Shown one piece after another: positions 46,316-55,946 of a stretch of 64,000 nt of DNA; position 1 is the stretch's first letter; each line of letters opens with the position of its first letter. Source of the stretch: a bacterium (GTDB lineage Bacteria > Margulisbacteria > Marinamargulisbacteria > GCA-2716485 > JAYNIM01); the NCBI GenBank assembly GCA_038109055.1, contig JAYNIM010000003.1, positions 84,873 through 148,872 of the forward strand, in the 5' to 3' direction. The notes beneath the pieces were generated by a model. That model saw nothing but the letters and a program-made list of their open reading frames with translations. It ran no database searches and was not told the origin of the DNA. A program made the translations under genes and the position numbers.

Positions 46316-47092
46316 CTACTCGTGATTGTTTTGGTTTGTAGCTTGGGGAAGTGTCTTTTTGATGATGATGAGCGCACGAAGAATTTTTCCATTTTTATCT
46401 TTTATGGGGATGCTTGAAAATAATAAGGGAATATTGTTTCCATTTTGGAAGGGTTCGTTGATGGTTTTTTTATCTTCATGTAAGCATTGTTCTAAGGCGT
46501 CTAATATGATGGGATTGTGTATTTTTCTGGAAAAATTTTGACCGATGATTTCGCCGGGAATGAGTGTTAGCATATTTTCACTAGCAGGGTTGATATGCGT
46601 GACGATTTTGTCATGATTTACAAAAATAATACCTGCATCAAGATGACCGATTAATATTTTTAAGGTGGTCATTTCTAGATGAATTTTTGTACTTTTCATC
46701 GAATCGAAGTTTTTATATAAGTTTAGAACGTCTTCTATGTTTTTTTGTATGCTAATAAAATTGTTTCCGTTGAAGAGGTGTTCGAAGTTTTCTGCTATTT
46801 TTTTTTCTTCTAGGGAATTTTTTAAACTTAGTTTTAGCTCTTTTTGTTGGTATAAATGTTGGCCTAGGGTAATGGCGGAAAATAATAATGCAAAACCTAT
46901 GATGCAGGCAAGTTGCCAAATAGGGATGATTTGGGAGAGTGTTTCTAGAGTTAATGGGTTGTTATCTAGTGATAAAAATGTATTGATGGTTGTTAATAAA
47001 AAGTCTGTGCTAAGAATAAGCAAGGTAATCAAGAGGCTACTTAGAATAATAAACTGTATGAGGGGAGATAATTTTAAGAGTTGTTTAATCAT
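46316..47092 (-). CDS. Membrane-anchored PAS-domain protein without recognisable output domain
   Basis: 258 aa. Two N-terminal TM segments, a helical linker, then a PAS-like region (AGIIFVNHDKIVTHINPASENMLTLIPGEIIGQNFSRKI...IPIKDKNGKILRALIIIK). The ORF ends right after it. Confidence 0.6.
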   Translation of the reverse strand: MIKQLLKLSPLIQFIILSSLLITLLILSTDFLLTTINTFLSLDNNPLTLETLSQIIPIWQLACIIGFALLFSAITLGQHLYQQKELKLSLKNSLEEKKIAENFEHLFNGNNFISIQKNIEDVLNLYKNFDSMKSTKIHLEMTTLKILIGHLDAGIIFVNHDKIVTHINPASENMLTLIPGEIIGQNFSRKIHNPIILDALEQCLHEDKKTINEPFQNGNNIPLLFSSIPIKDKNGKILRALIIIKKTLPQATNQNNHE

Positions 47093-47798
47093 TGTACTTT
47101 CCTAAATTTATAAATTGATTGAGTTTGTCATCAGTGCCTGAAATGATTAAAATATCCTCTTTTTGTAAGGGATAACTGGGGTCTGGAATATCGGTCATTT
47201 TGACTTCGAAGTCGATTTCACCGTCGTCTTTGACGATGGATAGTTTTGATTTTATTCCGACAATATTGACGTGATATTTATGGCGTAGATGTAGGGATCT
47301 TAGGGTTTTATTTATGAAGGGTTTCGGGACGGATACTTCGATGATGGCGTGGCTGTTAGATAGTGGGATGTAGCGTCCTACGCCTTTACTGGAAATACTA
47401 TTGGATATTTGTATTCCCATTTCTTTTTCGATGCTGATGATGTTTTGTATCCCTAAAGAGGTTAGAATGCTTTCTTGTAGAGAGTTAATGGATCTTACAA
47501 AAATATTTTCAATTTGAAAGCTTTGGAGTAAGGCAGTACTGAGTAAACTTGATTGTACGTTTGAACCAAATGCGACTACTGCGATGTCGATGGTGTTGAT
47601 GTTAATGGCATTCATGGCTTTTTTGTCGGTGGCGTCTAACATGACAGCTTGTGAGACGAGGTCTTTGATTTCAGAGACAGGATCCATTGTGTTGTCTATG
47701 GCTAAGACATCGAAATTTTTTTGAGAGAGACTTACGGCAACTTGGCTTCCGAATTGGCCTAGACCAATGACGGCTACGCTTTTAATTTTATCTGACAT
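47085..47798 (-). CDS. trkA: Trk/Ktr potassium uptake, RCK (NAD-binding) subunit
   Basis: 237 aa. VAVIGLGQFGSQVAVSL Rossmann motif plus a C-terminal RCK_C-like half. Adjacent to trkH. Confidence 0.8.
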   Translation of the reverse strand: MSDKIKSVAVIGLGQFGSQVAVSLSQKNFDVLAIDNTMDPVSEIKDLVSQAVMLDATDKKAMNAININTIDIAVVAFGSNVQSSLLSTALLQSFQIENIFVRSINSLQESILTSLGIQNIISIEKEMGIQISNSISSKGVGRYIPLSNSHAIIEVSVPKPFINKTLRSLHLRHKYHVNIVGIKSKLSIVKDDGEIDFEVKMTDIPDPSYPLQKEDILIISGTDDKLNQFINLGKYND

Positions 47799-47802
47799 TT
47801 AC

Positions 47803-49536
47803 TTATATTATAGAGATATTTTCTTCAGGATAGTAGTGTTTTGTTTTTTGTTTTGGTTTTGATAAGGCGAAGGCCATTGTAAGAGGGCCCATTCTACCGA
47901 TAAACATAGCGACTATGATAATGAGTTTTCCCCATTTTGATAATTCGGCGGTAATTCCCATTGAAAACCCCACGGTTCCAAAGGCGGAAATGGTTTCAAA
48001 TAGTAGGTCTGAGGTGTTTATGTCGGATTCTAGCAATAGTAGGCTATAAAAAATGATAAAAATACTTATTAAATATAAGATGAGAATGGAGAGTGTTTTT
48101 AATATTATGTCGTAGGGTATGCGTCGGCCACCCGCTTCTATGTATTGAGATGATTTGATGCTTTGCCAAAACGCGATCATGAGGATGCCAAAGTTGGTGG
48201 TTTTTATGCCACCACCTGTGGACCCAGGAGAGGCGCCAATGATCATTAAAATAAGTAAAATGATTAGAGTGCTTGGGTATAGTGTATTTAAATCTAGGCT
48301 GTTCAATCCGGCGGTTCTTGCAGAGGTGATTTGAAAAAAAGCATTGATCCATTGTGTTGTGAAGGGTTGGTGTTGTAAGGCATGATTTTGTTCGCTGAGC
48401 CAAAAAATTAATGTTCCTGCCATAAGCAGGATTGCTGTAGTGATTAAGGCGATTTTTGTTTGTAATTTTAACCATTTGAATGATTTATTTTTCTTTTTGA
48501 TTTGTATCACATTAAACAAGACGGGGAAGCCTATTCCACCTATAATAATGAGTGTCGCAATGCATAAAAGGGTGAGGCTGTTGTATTGAAATTGTTCCAA
48601 TGAGTCTGAAAATAACGCGAATCCTGCATTGCAAAAAGCGGATACAGAATGAAAGATTGCGTGGAAAAGACGTTGTGGCCAAGGTAGGGATTTGGCGTTG
48701 AAGCTTATAAATAATATTGCAGCGCCAATGATTTCGATCATTAAGGTGAATTTAAAAATAAATTTTATGGCAGAAAATGTCTCTTTTAAATTAAAGGTAT
48801 TATAGCTATTTTGAAATTCTTGACTGGATAATTGTGATACTTTACGTTTCATTACAAGGGATAATAAAATCGCAAAGCTCATGATTCCTAGGCCACCAAT
48901 TTGAACTAATATTAAGATAATACTTGTTCCGAAGGTACTGAATGTTTCGTGTATGTTATTTACCACAAGACCCGTGACGCAAATGGCCGATGTTGCAGTA
49001 AATAAGGCGTCAATATAGGAGATTCCATGGAGGTTGTGGTTGGATATAGGTAGACTGAGTAGTAATGATCCTATGAAAATACTTAGTAAAAAGCCTAATA
49101 TGAATAGATTGGCGGGTTTTACTTTTATTTTTTGAAAACTTTTAAAAGGGAGCGATAACCTTTTAACTATGATTATCGCGATACTTATTTGTATGATAAA
49201 GGGTGTTATGAATGGGAGTTGATATGGAATTAAGGGAAGTAAAACAACTAAATCGCTACTTTTTTTTTTGATGTAAGTCAGTGGGGATTGTATGTAGAAG
49301 GCATTGAGAAGAATTTCTATGACAAAATAACCGTAAATATAATGATACATTTGGGTAAATAAACTTTGATTGGCTGTGTTTAATTTGAAGCCAAATTCTA
49401 ATGTGTATAAGGTCAGACTAATTAATACGGCAATCCCACTTGTAAAGTTTAATGTTTTTTTACAATCGTTTTTTAACTCGTTATAGAATATTTTGACTAG
49501 GTGAAGTTGTAGTTTTATAGCCAGTTTTGAAACCAT
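47803..49536 (-). CDS. trkH: TrkH/KtrB-family cation transporter
   Basis: 577 aa, polytopic. Selectivity-filter-like repeats are present: CVTGL, IGGLG, TAGL, TGGG, GTVGFS. Confidence 0.8.
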   Translation of the reverse strand: MVSKLAIKLQLHLVKIFYNELKNDCKKTLNFTSGIAVLISLTLYTLEFGFKLNTANQSLFTQMYHYIYGYFVIEILLNAFYIQSPLTYIKKKSSDLVVLLPLIPYQLPFITPFIIQISIAIIIVKRLSLPFKSFQKIKVKPANLFILGFLLSIFIGSLLLSLPISNHNLHGISYIDALFTATSAICVTGLVVNNIHETFSTFGTSIILILVQIGGLGIMSFAILLSLVMKRKVSQLSSQEFQNSYNTFNLKETFSAIKFIFKFTLMIEIIGAAILFISFNAKSLPWPQRLFHAIFHSVSAFCNAGFALFSDSLEQFQYNSLTLLCIATLIIIGGIGFPVLFNVIQIKKKNKSFKWLKLQTKIALITTAILLMAGTLIFWLSEQNHALQHQPFTTQWINAFFQITSARTAGLNSLDLNTLYPSTLIILLILMIIGASPGSTGGGIKTTNFGILMIAFWQSIKSSQYIEAGGRRIPYDIILKTLSILILYLISIFIIFYSLLLLESDINTSDLLFETISAFGTVGFSMGITAELSKWGKLIIIVAMFIGRMGPLTMAFALSKPKQKTKHYYPEENISII

Positions 49537-50462
49537 TTTTTAATTCCTAGTGTTGATTTCTTTGTAAGTAATTGTTGCTTTTCTGCATAAATGCCATTTG
49601 CAATGGAGGTAGCAAAGGTCAGTTGGTTACAGTTTTTATGGATAGATGTTGGTTCTAAGCGTCGACAGGAGATATTATATTTGTTTTTTAAAAAGGCACT
49701 TTTATTTTTTAATAGTGCCCCTCCCCCATATATAATAAACGGATGTTTGGGGGTTTTTTTTTGAATAAGTTGGAGCCATTCTGAGACTCTTGCTTTGATA
49801 ATTTTCTGAATAAGGGGATTGTCAAAGGTTTCATTGTTATGTGTGATCTCTTTTTGGGGTGGATTTTCTTCTAAATTACAGGAGAGTATTTTTAATTTTT
49901 CAGCCGTTTCTTCGTTTGTTTTTAGGCAAATACTTAAATCTTTTGTTATGGTATATCCTCCAATGGGTACAGATACTACTTCTTGAATGAGCTTGTTTTG
50001 GATGATTTTTATTTTACTGTTATAGGCGCCGATATCAATTAGTATGCATCCTTTTGTTTTTTCATCGTGAGTGAGGCCTTGTTCATAGATTGCTTGTCCA
50101 GCAGGTAAGAAAATTAATGGATGTTGTGAGAAGTCTTTCAAGGCGTTTTGGATGTTTGTTTTTATATTGTTTAGTAAGGGAGGGGCGGTTGTTGTTGTGT
50201 GGGTATGTGGATGCTCTATGGGGCTATTGATGATGATTTGGCAGTGTTTTTTGTTTATGGTGCTTTGACAGCTTTTGATACAAGTATGAAGGGACTCTTG
50301 AAATAGATGTTGATCTGTAATCGTTGTATGGGTTAATCCGTTTGTTTTACTGGTTCCCATTTTTAGTATGGTTAATGTGTTATTTAGTTTGTTAAACAGG
50401 GTGCAACGGCATTTGTGATTGCCAATATCTATACTAATAATTGTTTCTTTTTTGTTTTTCAT
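49515..50462 (-). CDS. ftsA: Actin-like cell division protein FtsA, unusually short (315 aa)
   Basis: Phosphate-1 ISIDIGNHK, phosphate-2 ILIDIGAYNSK, IIYGGGALL, and a C-terminal amphipathic GIKKWFQNWL. It follows ftsQ. Confidence 0.7.
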   Translation of the reverse strand: MKNKKETIISIDIGNHKCRCTLFNKLNNTLTILKMGTSKTNGLTHTTITDQHLFQESLHTCIKSCQSTINKKHCQIIINSPIEHPHTHTTTTAPPLLNNIKTNIQNALKDFSQHPLIFLPAGQAIYEQGLTHDEKTKGCILIDIGAYNSKIKIIQNKLIQEVVSVPIGGYTITKDLSICLKTNEETAEKLKILSCNLEENPPQKEITHNNETFDNPLIQKIIKARVSEWLQLIQKKTPKHPFIIYGGGALLKNKSAFLKNKYNISCRRLEPTSIHKNCNQLTFATSIANGIYAEKQQLLTKKSTLGIKKWFQNWL

Positions 50463-51174
50463 ATTTAATTATTACTTTTTTCGGGATTCGTAAGTCAATA
50501 TAAATTATTTTTTTCTTTATTTTTTTTTGTTTTAAAAGATAGTTAAGCTGATTTAATTGTGCGGCGATATTGTTGATGTCTTCGCTTAAATAAATAGGTG
50601 TTTTGTCATTGAACCATAAAATCCATTGCTGCCACTTATAGGGCTCTAATTGCATTTGTTGTGTAGGAAATATAGTTTTTATTTGATGCGTTATGGTTTG
50701 GAGTGTTTGTGTTGTTTTTTTACTTAAGTATTTTTCTTCGAAGACATTTTCAGGTAAATTTTTAATAATCATTAAGTTTTCGGGGGATGTACTGTTTTGC
50801 TCTGTATTTAATATAAACCCATCTTTGGCAATACTGACATTTTTTCCTTTGCTCCATAATGCTAACCATGGTTTTTTTTCTATGACGTGAATAACTAAAG
50901 TGTTTGGTAATTTAATCTTTATTTTGAGGCTTTCTATTTCGGGTAAATTTTTAAGATGGTTTTTTGGTTTTAGTTTTAAGTAAGCTTTGAAGATGTTTGT
51001 ATGTTTGTATTGTTCGAGTTCTGCTAATACTTTTTTTTTATTTTCGGTATTAATGTTTGTTAGTCGTAGGGTGTTTATTTTAAATAGGGGAAGGATCATT
51101 AATAGTCCAATTGTTGTGAGTGAGATGATTGTGAGTGTGATGGTTAAAATTTTGTTAATGTTATGTTTGGCCAT
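50434..51174 (-). CDS. ftsQ: Cell division protein FtsQ (POTRA)
   Basis: 246 aa. N-terminal TM, then a POTRA-like region (INTLRLTNINTENKKKVLAEL...). Positioned between ddl and ftsA. Confidence 0.65.
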   Translation of the reverse strand: MAKHNINKILTITLTIISLTTIGLLMILPLFKINTLRLTNINTENKKKVLAELEQYKHTNIFKAYLKLKPKNHLKNLPEIESLKIKIKLPNTLVIHVIEKKPWLALWSKGKNVSIAKDGFILNTEQNSTSPENLMIIKNLPENVFEEKYLSKKTTQTLQTITHQIKTIFPTQQMQLEPYKWQQWILWFNDKTPIYLSEDINNIAAQLNQLNYLLKQKKIKKKIIYIDLRIPKKVIIKYEKQKRNNY

Positions 51175-52087
51175 GTGCGTCTATTGCATTTTGTAATAGT
51201 TGAACAATGAGATCTAAGAATGAAAGCCCTGCAGCCTTTGCTTGTGCGGGTAAATCAGAGGTTTCTGTAAAGCCTGGGATTGTGTTTATTTCTAAAATGT
51301 AGGGATTATGATGTTGATCGAGTAGAAAATCAATTCTTGAAAATCCCAGACAGTTGAGTGTTTTATGGGCGCTGATAGCAAGATTCTGAAGTTTTTTTGT
51401 TTGTTTGGGAGGGAGCTCTGCGGGGATGATAAATTTGGTTAAGCCTTTAGTGTATTTTGCGTTGTAATCATAAAATTCGTTTTTGCTTTGTAGTTCTAAT
51501 ATAGGAAGTGCGATGGGTGTTTGATTTTTTTCTATAATGCCGATAGTTAATTCTCGGCCTGAAATGTAGCGTTCTAGTAGAAATTGTTGATATGTTGTGA
51601 TCAGAAGGTTACTTTTCTTTTGTAATTCTTCTGGGGTTTTTATAATATGTACGCCGATGCTGGAGCCTTGGTCTAGCGGTTTTAAAACAACAGGAAATGT
51701 AAAGGAGGGAGGTAATTTTTTGAGGCTGCTTTGATGATAACTGTAGGCAGGAACGGGTAAATTTGCTTGTTCTAAATATTGTTTGCATGTCCATTTATTC
51801 ATGCAGTTTATGGAGGCATTAATGCCAGACCCTGTATAAGGTAATCTGTGCTTTTCAAGAATCCGTTGTATTTGGCCATCTTCACCATATTTCCCGTGCA
51901 TGGCAATAAATACGATATCACAGTTATTGATCCAGGTATCGAGTTCAAAAGGGTTCGCTAAAAAAACATTGTAATTGGCTTTTTTTAGACAATTTAAAAC
52001 AGCGGTCCCAGATTTTAACGATATTTCTTTTTCACTAGATTTGCCGCCAGCTAATACACATATTTTTTTTTCTTTAAGCGTTTTCAT
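51161..52087 (-). CDS. ddl: D-alanine--D-alanine ligase
   Basis: 308 aa. VLAGGKSSEKEISLKSG, HGKYGEDGQIQ, ATP-grasp C-terminus EINTIPGFT. Confidence 0.9.
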   Translation of the reverse strand: MKTLKEKKICVLAGGKSSEKEISLKSGTAVLNCLKKANYNVFLANPFELDTWINNCDIVFIAMHGKYGEDGQIQRILEKHRLPYTGSGINASINCMNKWTCKQYLEQANLPVPAYSYHQSSLKKLPPSFTFPVVLKPLDQGSSIGVHIIKTPEELQKKSNLLITTYQQFLLERYISGRELTIGIIEKNQTPIALPILELQSKNEFYDYNAKYTKGLTKFIIPAELPPKQTKKLQNLAISAHKTLNCLGFSRIDFLLDQHHNPYILEINTIPGFTETSDLPAQAKAAGLSFLDLIVQLLQNAIDAHGQT

Positions 52088-52932
52088 GAAATTAGAATGA
52101 CTTCTCTTTCTAGTGAAAGCCCTATTTTTTCTTTGACTGTTTTTTCAATGAATTCAAGGTAGTTTTTGATGTTTTCAAATGATGCATTGTTATGATTTAT
52201 CATAAAGTTGGCATGTTTTTTAGATAATCGTACCTTGTTGAAAGGTTGGCTATTTAATTTTAGGTTTTCTAGTAATTTACCGGTTGAATGATTTTTTGGG
52301 TTTTTAAAGATGCTTCCAAATGTTTTTTCGTTGAGAGGATGTTCAGTTTTTCTTTTTTGAAGGTAAGCATGTGATTTTTTTTTGATCTCTTCTATAGGGC
52401 TGTTTTTTAATTTGAATCCAGCTTTGAGGATAATATATTTATTTGTTTGGAAACTGCTCTTGCGATAGTTAAAAGCTAGGTCTTTTTTATTTATAGTTAG
52501 GATATTTCCTTCTGGGGTCATGCATTGTACTTTTTCTAAATAATCGGAAATAGTTTGGTTCCAACAGCTGAAATTCATGTAAAGCATGCCGCCAATTGAT
52601 GCTGGAATCCCAATGGCAAACTCTAGTCCACTTAGTTTATGTTTGAGTAAAAATTTTAAGCTTTCTGTGATACTGTAGCCAGCTCCTAGCCAACATATAT
52701 TACCTTCTATATGCGGGGGGAATAAGTGGGGGGATAGTTTGATAATGTGCGTATAGTGATGATTGGGATTGATGACGGTGTTTGAGCCTTTTCCTAAGAT
52801 AAAAAAGGAGGTCTTTTCTTTGATTAATTGCTGTAACTCCTCTATTTTTTCAATGATAAATAACGATTTTACATGCCCACTGTTTCCAAATGAACACAGT
52901 TGTTTGATGGGGACATTTACTTTTTTAAGCAT
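52084..52932 (-). CDS. murB: UDP-N-acetylenolpyruvoylglucosamine reductase
   Basis: 282 aa. ILGKGSN, GLEFAIGIPASIGGMLYMN, GSIFKNP. Confidence 0.85.
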   Translation of the reverse strand: MLKKVNVPIKQLCSFGNSGHVKSLFIIEKIEELQQLIKEKTSFFILGKGSNTVINPNHHYTHIIKLSPHLFPPHIEGNICWLGAGYSITESLKFLLKHKLSGLEFAIGIPASIGGMLYMNFSCWNQTISDYLEKVQCMTPEGNILTINKKDLAFNYRKSSFQTNKYIILKAGFKLKNSPIEEIKKKSHAYLQKRKTEHPLNEKTFGSIFKNPKNHSTGKLLENLKLNSQPFNKVRLSKKHANFMINHNNASFENIKNYLEFIEKTVKEKIGLSLEREVILIS

Positions 52933-54340
52933 TGTAATTATGTTGTTTTAGTTGGGTAAGAATCTCTTTTGATACCGTGTGTATATCACCGGCTCCCATG
53001 GTGATAATTACTTGGTTTTTTTTTAATTTTTTCATTATTTGTTTTGCAATTAAGCTTTTTTGTTGAATGAATAAGATTGTTTTGTTGGGCCATGTTTTGC
53101 TTATTTGTTCTTGTAGCTCTTTGGCAGTGATATTGGGGATAGCCGTCTCACTTGCGGCATAAATTTTTGTGATAATGGCCGTATCTGCAAACTCAAAAGC
53201 CTCTGCAAATTTATTGAAATGATTAAGAGTTCTGCTGTAGCGGTGAGGTTGAAAAATGCATAATAATGGTCGCTTTAGGCTTTCTTTGAGACCTTTTAAG
53301 GTGCAGTGTATTTCGCTTGGATGATGGGCATAATCATCATAAATATCTATGTTGTTTGCTTTGCCAATCCATTCTGTGCGTCGTTTTGTTCCGGTGAAAC
53401 TGTTAAGGCTTTTGCAGCTTGGTTCTATATTTTGTTGCTCTAAGGCTATAAAACTTAGTGCAGAAATGGCATTCTCTATATTGTGATGGCCAAAAATTTG
53501 TAGATCTAAGGGATATGTTTTATCTTTGTGTTTTATTTTACAAGAAATACCTTTAGAGGTTGTTTGGATGTTGTGTGTGTGGATGCTTTGTTTTTCATTT
53601 AGGCTAAAATGATGTAAATTTTTATTTTTGATTGAGTGGGTTATTTTTTGTAACTGAGGACATTCTCTATTAATCAGGACTATTTTGTCTTTTTTGAGCA
53701 AGGTGTGTATGTACGTCTGAAATGTGTTTAGTAAGGTTTCTTCGTTGTTATAATATTCAAGATGTTCTGCTTCTAAGTTGGATATAATGGTGGCGTAGGG
53801 GGCGAGTTTTGTAAAAGATCCGTCACTTTCGTCTGCTTCAAATACGCCGTACTCGCTGTCGCTGATATGGCTGTTTTTGTTAAAATTATTCAGGGTTGAA
53901 CCAATGATAAAGGTGGGGACTTTATTAAATAATGTGGTTAAAATTTGTACGAGCATGGCACTGGTTGTTGTTTTGCCATGTGTTCCAGTGACGATAATAG
54001 ATTTTGGACATGCGTTTATAAAATGACTTAATAGATCGGCACGGTGTAGGATAGGTATTTTTTCTTCTTTGGCAAATTTTAATTCAGGATTATTGTTATT
54101 TATTGCAGTGGAGACAACGATGATTTGTGCTTTTTGAAGATTATTTTTACTATGTCCGATGTATATATTTGCGCCTAAATCTTTAAGTTTGATCGTTGTT
54201 ATTGTTTCGTTGAGATCTGATCCAGATACGCGAACCCCCATTTCTAACAGTGCTCGAGCGAGAGCACTCATTCCGGTACCCCCAATGCCAATGAAATAAT
54301 AATGTTTATGTTTTTCTATTTTTGTTATGTCCATGACCAC
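52925..54340 (-). CDS. murC: UDP-N-acetylmuramate--L-alanine ligase
   Basis: 471 aa. YYFIGIGGTGMSALA, VTGTHGKTTTS, DDYAHHPSE. Confidence 0.95.
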   Translation of the reverse strand: MVMDITKIEKHKHYYFIGIGGTGMSALARALLEMGVRVSGSDLNETITTIKLKDLGANIYIGHSKNNLQKAQIIVVSTAINNNNPELKFAKEEKIPILHRADLLSHFINACPKSIIVTGTHGKTTTSAMLVQILTTLFNKVPTFIIGSTLNNFNKNSHISDSEYGVFEADESDGSFTKLAPYATIISNLEAEHLEYYNNEETLLNTFQTYIHTLLKKDKIVLINRECPQLQKITHSIKNKNLHHFSLNEKQSIHTHNIQTTSKGISCKIKHKDKTYPLDLQIFGHHNIENAISALSFIALEQQNIEPSCKSLNSFTGTKRRTEWIGKANNIDIYDDYAHHPSEIHCTLKGLKESLKRPLLCIFQPHRYSRTLNHFNKFAEAFEFADTAIITKIYAASETAIPNITAKELQEQISKTWPNKTILFIQQKSLIAKQIMKKLKKNQVIITMGAGDIHTVSKEILTQLKQHNYNA

Positions 54341-55278
54341 ATGATTCCTAGTTGTATTTCTTCTTTTTTTAATGTTGTACTATCGGGATAATAAAGATAG
54401 TGATATAAGATGTCTAGTTGTTGAAGGCTTAAACTAAACCCTAAGCCCAGACGTTTTATTCTTGTTGTGTTATGTTGATATAGTATGTCTGGCTGGATGC
54501 TGATATTTTTATGTTGCCAGCTGTTAGAAATACGGAGCCATTCTTTGTTAAGACTTATTCGTATATTTTGGGTGTTTAATTTGATGCCGCTTTCGATGAT
54601 TATATCGGGTTTTTTTTCTTCTACTGTGGGGCTTGTTTTCCAGTATAATGTTGTTTTTGTGAGATGACGTGTATATGCCCCGATCCATATATGCTTATTT
54701 ATCCAGGATTGAGTACCAAGGTCAATATTCATGCCTGAGGCATGGTCGGATTCGAGACGTTGATGTAGATAGGTGATTTTTAGACTTGGGTTTACATTCC
54801 ATTGAGCGCTACAGAGGCTAAATTCAACGGTGTTTAGTTGATGAGAAAAGGTACCTGTTGGTTGTGGTTTTTCAAAGGGGGTGGGTGTTGGTGTATTGAT
54901 TAAGCTATTGGTACCAAAATGACTGAGGGTCATACCAATGTTTAAGGTTTTTAGGGGCCATAAAAATGCGCTATGAACATGATTATAGGCCAGGCTTTTT
55001 TTATGAATCATTAAGAGAGCTTGTTTGTGTTTGTTTTGAGATAATGAGGATGGATTTTGGAAGAGTTGGGGTATTTTTTTATTTTGGTAAGAATTTAAAC
55101 TGATGGGGGTTAAAAATTCTTTGTCTACAGAAAAATAGTTGATTTGAGCGATCCCTATTTTAGCTGGGTATAGCGAGATGATGCATAAACAGCATAAGGT
55201 AATAATGCTTATATTTTTTGAGTATTTATTGCTTTTGTCCATCCAGTTAGCCCTGTTGATAGCTTTATTTTTTCCCAT
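54325..55278 (-). CDS. Putative outer-membrane beta-barrel protein
   Basis: 317 aa. N-terminal hydrophobic anchor/signal, then alternating-polarity strands ending in an aromatic-rich C-terminus (LGIMWSWT). The real start may be the Met at 55242. Family unknown. Confidence 0.35.
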   Translation of the reverse strand: MGKNKAINRANWMDKSNKYSKNISIITLCCLCIISLYPAKIGIAQINYFSVDKEFLTPISLNSYQNKKIPQLFQNPSSLSQNKHKQALLMIHKKSLAYNHVHSAFLWPLKTLNIGMTLSHFGTNSLINTPTPTPFEKPQPTGTFSHQLNTVEFSLCSAQWNVNPSLKITYLHQRLESDHASGMNIDLGTQSWINKHIWIGAYTRHLTKTTLYWKTSPTVEEKKPDIIIESGIKLNTQNIRISLNKEWLRISNSWQHKNISIQPDILYQHNTTRIKRLGLGFSLSLQQLDILYHYLYYPDSTTLKKEEIQLGIMWSWT

Positions 55279-55946
55279 TCATTTTGATTTTGTTTTATGT
55301 GATATTCACTACCTTCGTGTATGAAAAATAGGACAGGTAAATTTTCGGAAGGACCGGAGTGAACCGCTGCTTTTGGAGTTATAATGATTCCCTTTTTTTG
55401 CCAAACATCTTGATTAAGCTTGATGACTAAAAATAGGGTGCTTACTATTAATAGACCTGTTACAGGCAGGATGCTTTTTGCTGTAAGGACATTTGGGCGG
55501 TATTTTTTAGTCCATAGTAAAAGATTTAAAAGAGAGAGTAGTGTGAACCACAGTAGCCAGCTTTCGTTTATATTTAGTGAATCACATATTTTTTCTAATA
55601 GCATAGTGTTAAAACTTTTTTGTAAGAGTTCTTGATCGATTAATTTTGTTTTGATTACGTTTATATTTTCTTTAATTTCTCTATCTCTAGGGGATAAACG
55701 GTGTGCTTTTGTGTAAAAAAGACGTGCTTTTCCATACTGCTCCAATTTTGTATAGATGTTGCCTAAGTTATAAAAAAAGGCGCTATCATTTTTTTTATTG
55801 TTTGTTTCTAAGTAAAGATCTAAGGCGGATTGATAGTCTTTATTGTTGTAATGGATGGCGGCGTCTTTGAGAGAGGCAACAGTAGGTATTTGTGCAAAAG
55901 TAATCCACAAAAAGAGAATACTTAGTAAGAATGCTGGTCGTTTCAT
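55209..55946 (-). CDS. batE: BatE-like protein (TPR + C-terminal SH3b-like domain)
   Basis: 245 aa. Signal peptide, TPR-like YQSALDLYLE...YNLGNIYTKLEQYGKARLFYTKA, a TM segment and an SH3-like tail (GSEYHIKQNQNEWEKIKLSTGLTGW). Last gene of the Bat run. Confidence 0.6.
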   Translation of the reverse strand: MKRPAFLLSILFLWITFAQIPTVASLKDAAIHYNNKDYQSALDLYLETNNKKNDSAFFYNLGNIYTKLEQYGKARLFYTKAHRLSPRDREIKENINVIKTKLIDQELLQKSFNTMLLEKICDSLNINESWLLWFTLLSLLNLLLWTKKYRPNVLTAKSILPVTGLLIVSTLFLVIKLNQDVWQKKGIIITPKAAVHSGPSENLPVLFFIHEGSEYHIKQNQNEWEKIKLSTGLTGWTKAINTQKI

